From IMG/VR virus record IMGVR_UViG_2547132278_000009: a stretch of DNA of 40,040 nt. One strand, written 5' to 3'. Shown here piece by piece: positions 38,469-40,040 of this stretch; position 1 is the stretch's first letter, and every line of letters starts with the position of its first letter. Position numbers and translations under genes: made by a program. Source of the stretch: a virus (taxonomy: Duplodnaviria; Heunggongvirae; Uroviricota; Caudoviricetes). The notes under the pieces are model-generated. The model saw only the letters and a program-made list of their open reading frames with translations, was not told the origin of the DNA and did no database searches.

Positions 38469-38552
38469 ATGGTTAACTTACTGTTCAAAATCGTGCCGCC
38501 GATGTTCGCGATTATCAAAGCGATCATTGAGTACGTAAACCAGCGTCCATAA
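38469..38552 (+). CDS. Possible small hydrophobic peptide (27 aa)
   Basis: MVNLLFKIVPPMFAIIKAIIEYVNQRP with GTGAGG RBS upstream and a stem-loop (GGCCCCAT-N7-ATGGGGCC) downstream. Confidence 0.3.
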   Translation: MVNLLFKIVPPMFAIIKAIIEYVNQRP

Positions 38553-38607
38553 CGCTAGTTGCTACAGGCCCCATCAAGAGCATGGGGCCTCTTTATCGTA
38601 CTATTGC

Positions 38608-39234
38608 TTATTTTTTACGGACTGAGTTGTTCACTGCTCTGGCAATTTTCTCCCGCAATTGCTGCGCTCCGTGGTACTGAACCGCAATATCCCGCAACTC
38701 GTTCACCAGTTCTCTAATCTGGTGATCTTTAAGCTCATTATTTGGGTGATGGGTAACAACTCTGGTTAATTCACCCTTGTCTTTTGCTCTTACGTATGCA
38801 GCTCTTGTGCATTCGACCCATGTATTACCGCCTACATTAACTTCGTAGATTAGGCTGGACTTATCTGTCAATTCGGAACAAATACGGGCCGTGGTCTGGC
38901 AACTAGAGCATTCGCAGTTATCGCGGAAACCGTGATCTACCGGTCGAGAAAGAGGTTTAACTTTTTCATCCAACTTCATCACAGCATCGTGATAAGCGTT
39001 CCAGCCGTCATCTTTACCAAGTTGATAAATCTCTGAAGGCTCCATGTAGTCTATATCGCAACCTTCTTCATCCGATCTATCTGGTCGCTTCCCTGGTAAT
39101 CGCTCATAAAAACGATTTCTGTCTCGACGTTCGGCTCTCAGTGCTAACGCAAGAAGTTGCTCAAGCGAGGTATTTGCACCAGCAATAATTTCATTGAGAA
39201 TATCTTCTGTGAGATCTTTCGCTACCGTGCTCAT
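38608..39234 (-). CDS. Hypothetical protein (208 aa)
   Basis: ORF overlapping the upstream 127-aa ORF by 4 nt; CxC...C.SC cysteine cluster; no family recognised. Confidence 0.5.
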   Translation of the reverse strand: MSTVAKDLTEDILNEIIAGANTSLEQLLALALRAERRDRNRFYERLPGKRPDRSDEEGCDIDYMEPSEIYQLGKDDGWNAYHDAVMKLDEKVKPLSRPVDHGFRDNCECSSCQTTARICSELTDKSSLIYEVNVGGNTWVECTRAAYVRAKDKGELTRVVTHHPNNELKDHQIRELVNELRDIAVQYHGAQQLREKIARAVNNSVRKK

Positions 39235-39614
39235 TTATCTCTCTCAGTATGTTGCGATGGCGTAAATTTGACGACATCAAATATTTTGGATGGCATCAAC
39301 TTTATCCGCGAGCTTAGTTCGGCTCTTCTCTGTAATGCGGTTAATAATGTTTTCGTTCTGACGCCTTCGTGTATCCTCATCCCTGGCACAAGAACTACAT
39401 CGCAGGGGAGATGCTCAGGTGACAAATCATTTTGGGCATCGCTAATCAGTCGTGTAATCTCTCTTTCAAGCCGACCGCCTAGCTCTGTTTTAGTGCAATG
39501 TTCTGACCAATCGCCAGCCTCAAGCAGCGCGAGAATGCTTAAAATATCGTCCAATAGATCAGTGGTATTATCGACTTCCTTCTGAAACTCACCGGCTACT
39601 GATTTATGCATCAT
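39231..39614 (-). CDS. Hypothetical protein (127 aa)
   Basis: ORF translationally coupled to the 208-aa gene. Confidence 0.45.
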   Translation of the reverse strand: MMHKSVAGEFQKEVDNTTDLLDDILSILALLEAGDWSEHCTKTELGGRLEREITRLISDAQNDLSPEHLPCDVVLVPGMRIHEGVRTKTLLTALQRRAELSSRIKLMPSKIFDVVKFTPSQHTERDK

Positions 39615-39894
39615 TCGTCATCCTCATCCGAGTCATCCTCATCACAGGATGAGAGTAGTGGGTTAGTCATTCGCCCTACTTGAGTGGCGTAGCCACGCCG
39701 ACAGAGATTGCGCAGCACACTGTATATTTCGAACATCTCGGTTCGTTCATCGCCAACATCAAGCTCAGATGCTATAGCGTGGCATTCAGTCGCGAGAGCC
39801 GATATTTTCGTAAGCGTAAAGCCAATGCCGTCTGTAACACCTGCTCCTTGCAGACTAAATTAGAGCTCCTTCTAAATTAGACGGAGTTCTATTG

Positions 39895-40040
39895 ATGGAT
39901 AAACCTACAGACTGGCGCTCCGGAACCCGCCGGATATTTTCTAATGAATTTAAACTTCATATGGTTGAACTGGCTTCGAAACCAAATGCCAATGTTGCAC
40001 AACTGGCCCGGGAACATGGCGTTGATAACAACCTGATTTT
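39895..40040 (+). CDS. IS3-family transposase OrfA-like HTH protein, N-terminal part (partial, continues off-window)
   Basis: MDKPTDWRSGTRRIFSNEFKLHMVELASKPNANVAQLAREHGVDNNLIF fits the IS3-family OrfA pattern (R-x-FS-x-EFK ... VAQLARE.GV..N.L). Confidence 0.65.
   Translation, partial: MDKPTDWRSGTRRIFSNEFKLHMVELASKPNANVAQLAREHGVDNNLI

Noticed and set aside
39680-39880. 66-aa plus-strand ORF before the IS3-family transposase gene
   Set aside because: No RBS, and it overlaps the probable IS end containing direct CTAAATTAG repeats; likely noncoding.

Overview
This looks like Escherichia/Shigella-type chromosomal DNA carrying a roughly 34 kb prophage-like element between an IS21-family insertion (left edge) and the 3' end of metG. 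The element has a lambda-type tail module on the minus strand (J truncated by the IS, then I, K, L, M, tape measure, G/GT chaperone, major tail protein V), a head module (decoration protein with Ig-like repeats, major capsid, scaffold, portal) and terminase large and small subunits. Upstream of the terminase genes is an unusual translationally coupled operon (two ParB-like proteins, a minimal ABC-type ATPase, a GNAT-like protein) with a divergent SF2 helicase; this is my lead candidate for an undescribed system. Further right are an AT-rich three-gene operon, two iteron arrays, a 0.9 kb G+T-rich ORF-free tract, and small acidic genes each preceded by a shared 17-bp palindromic operator. Beyond the element lie metG, mrp/apbC, a UmuD-like gene behind a LexA box, a 27-codon hydrophobic ORF, two unknown genes and the start of an IS3-family element. 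I recognised no integrase, lysis cassette, repressor, tRNA, rRNA or CRISPR array. All calls come from reading the sequence and ORF track by eye; no database search was run.
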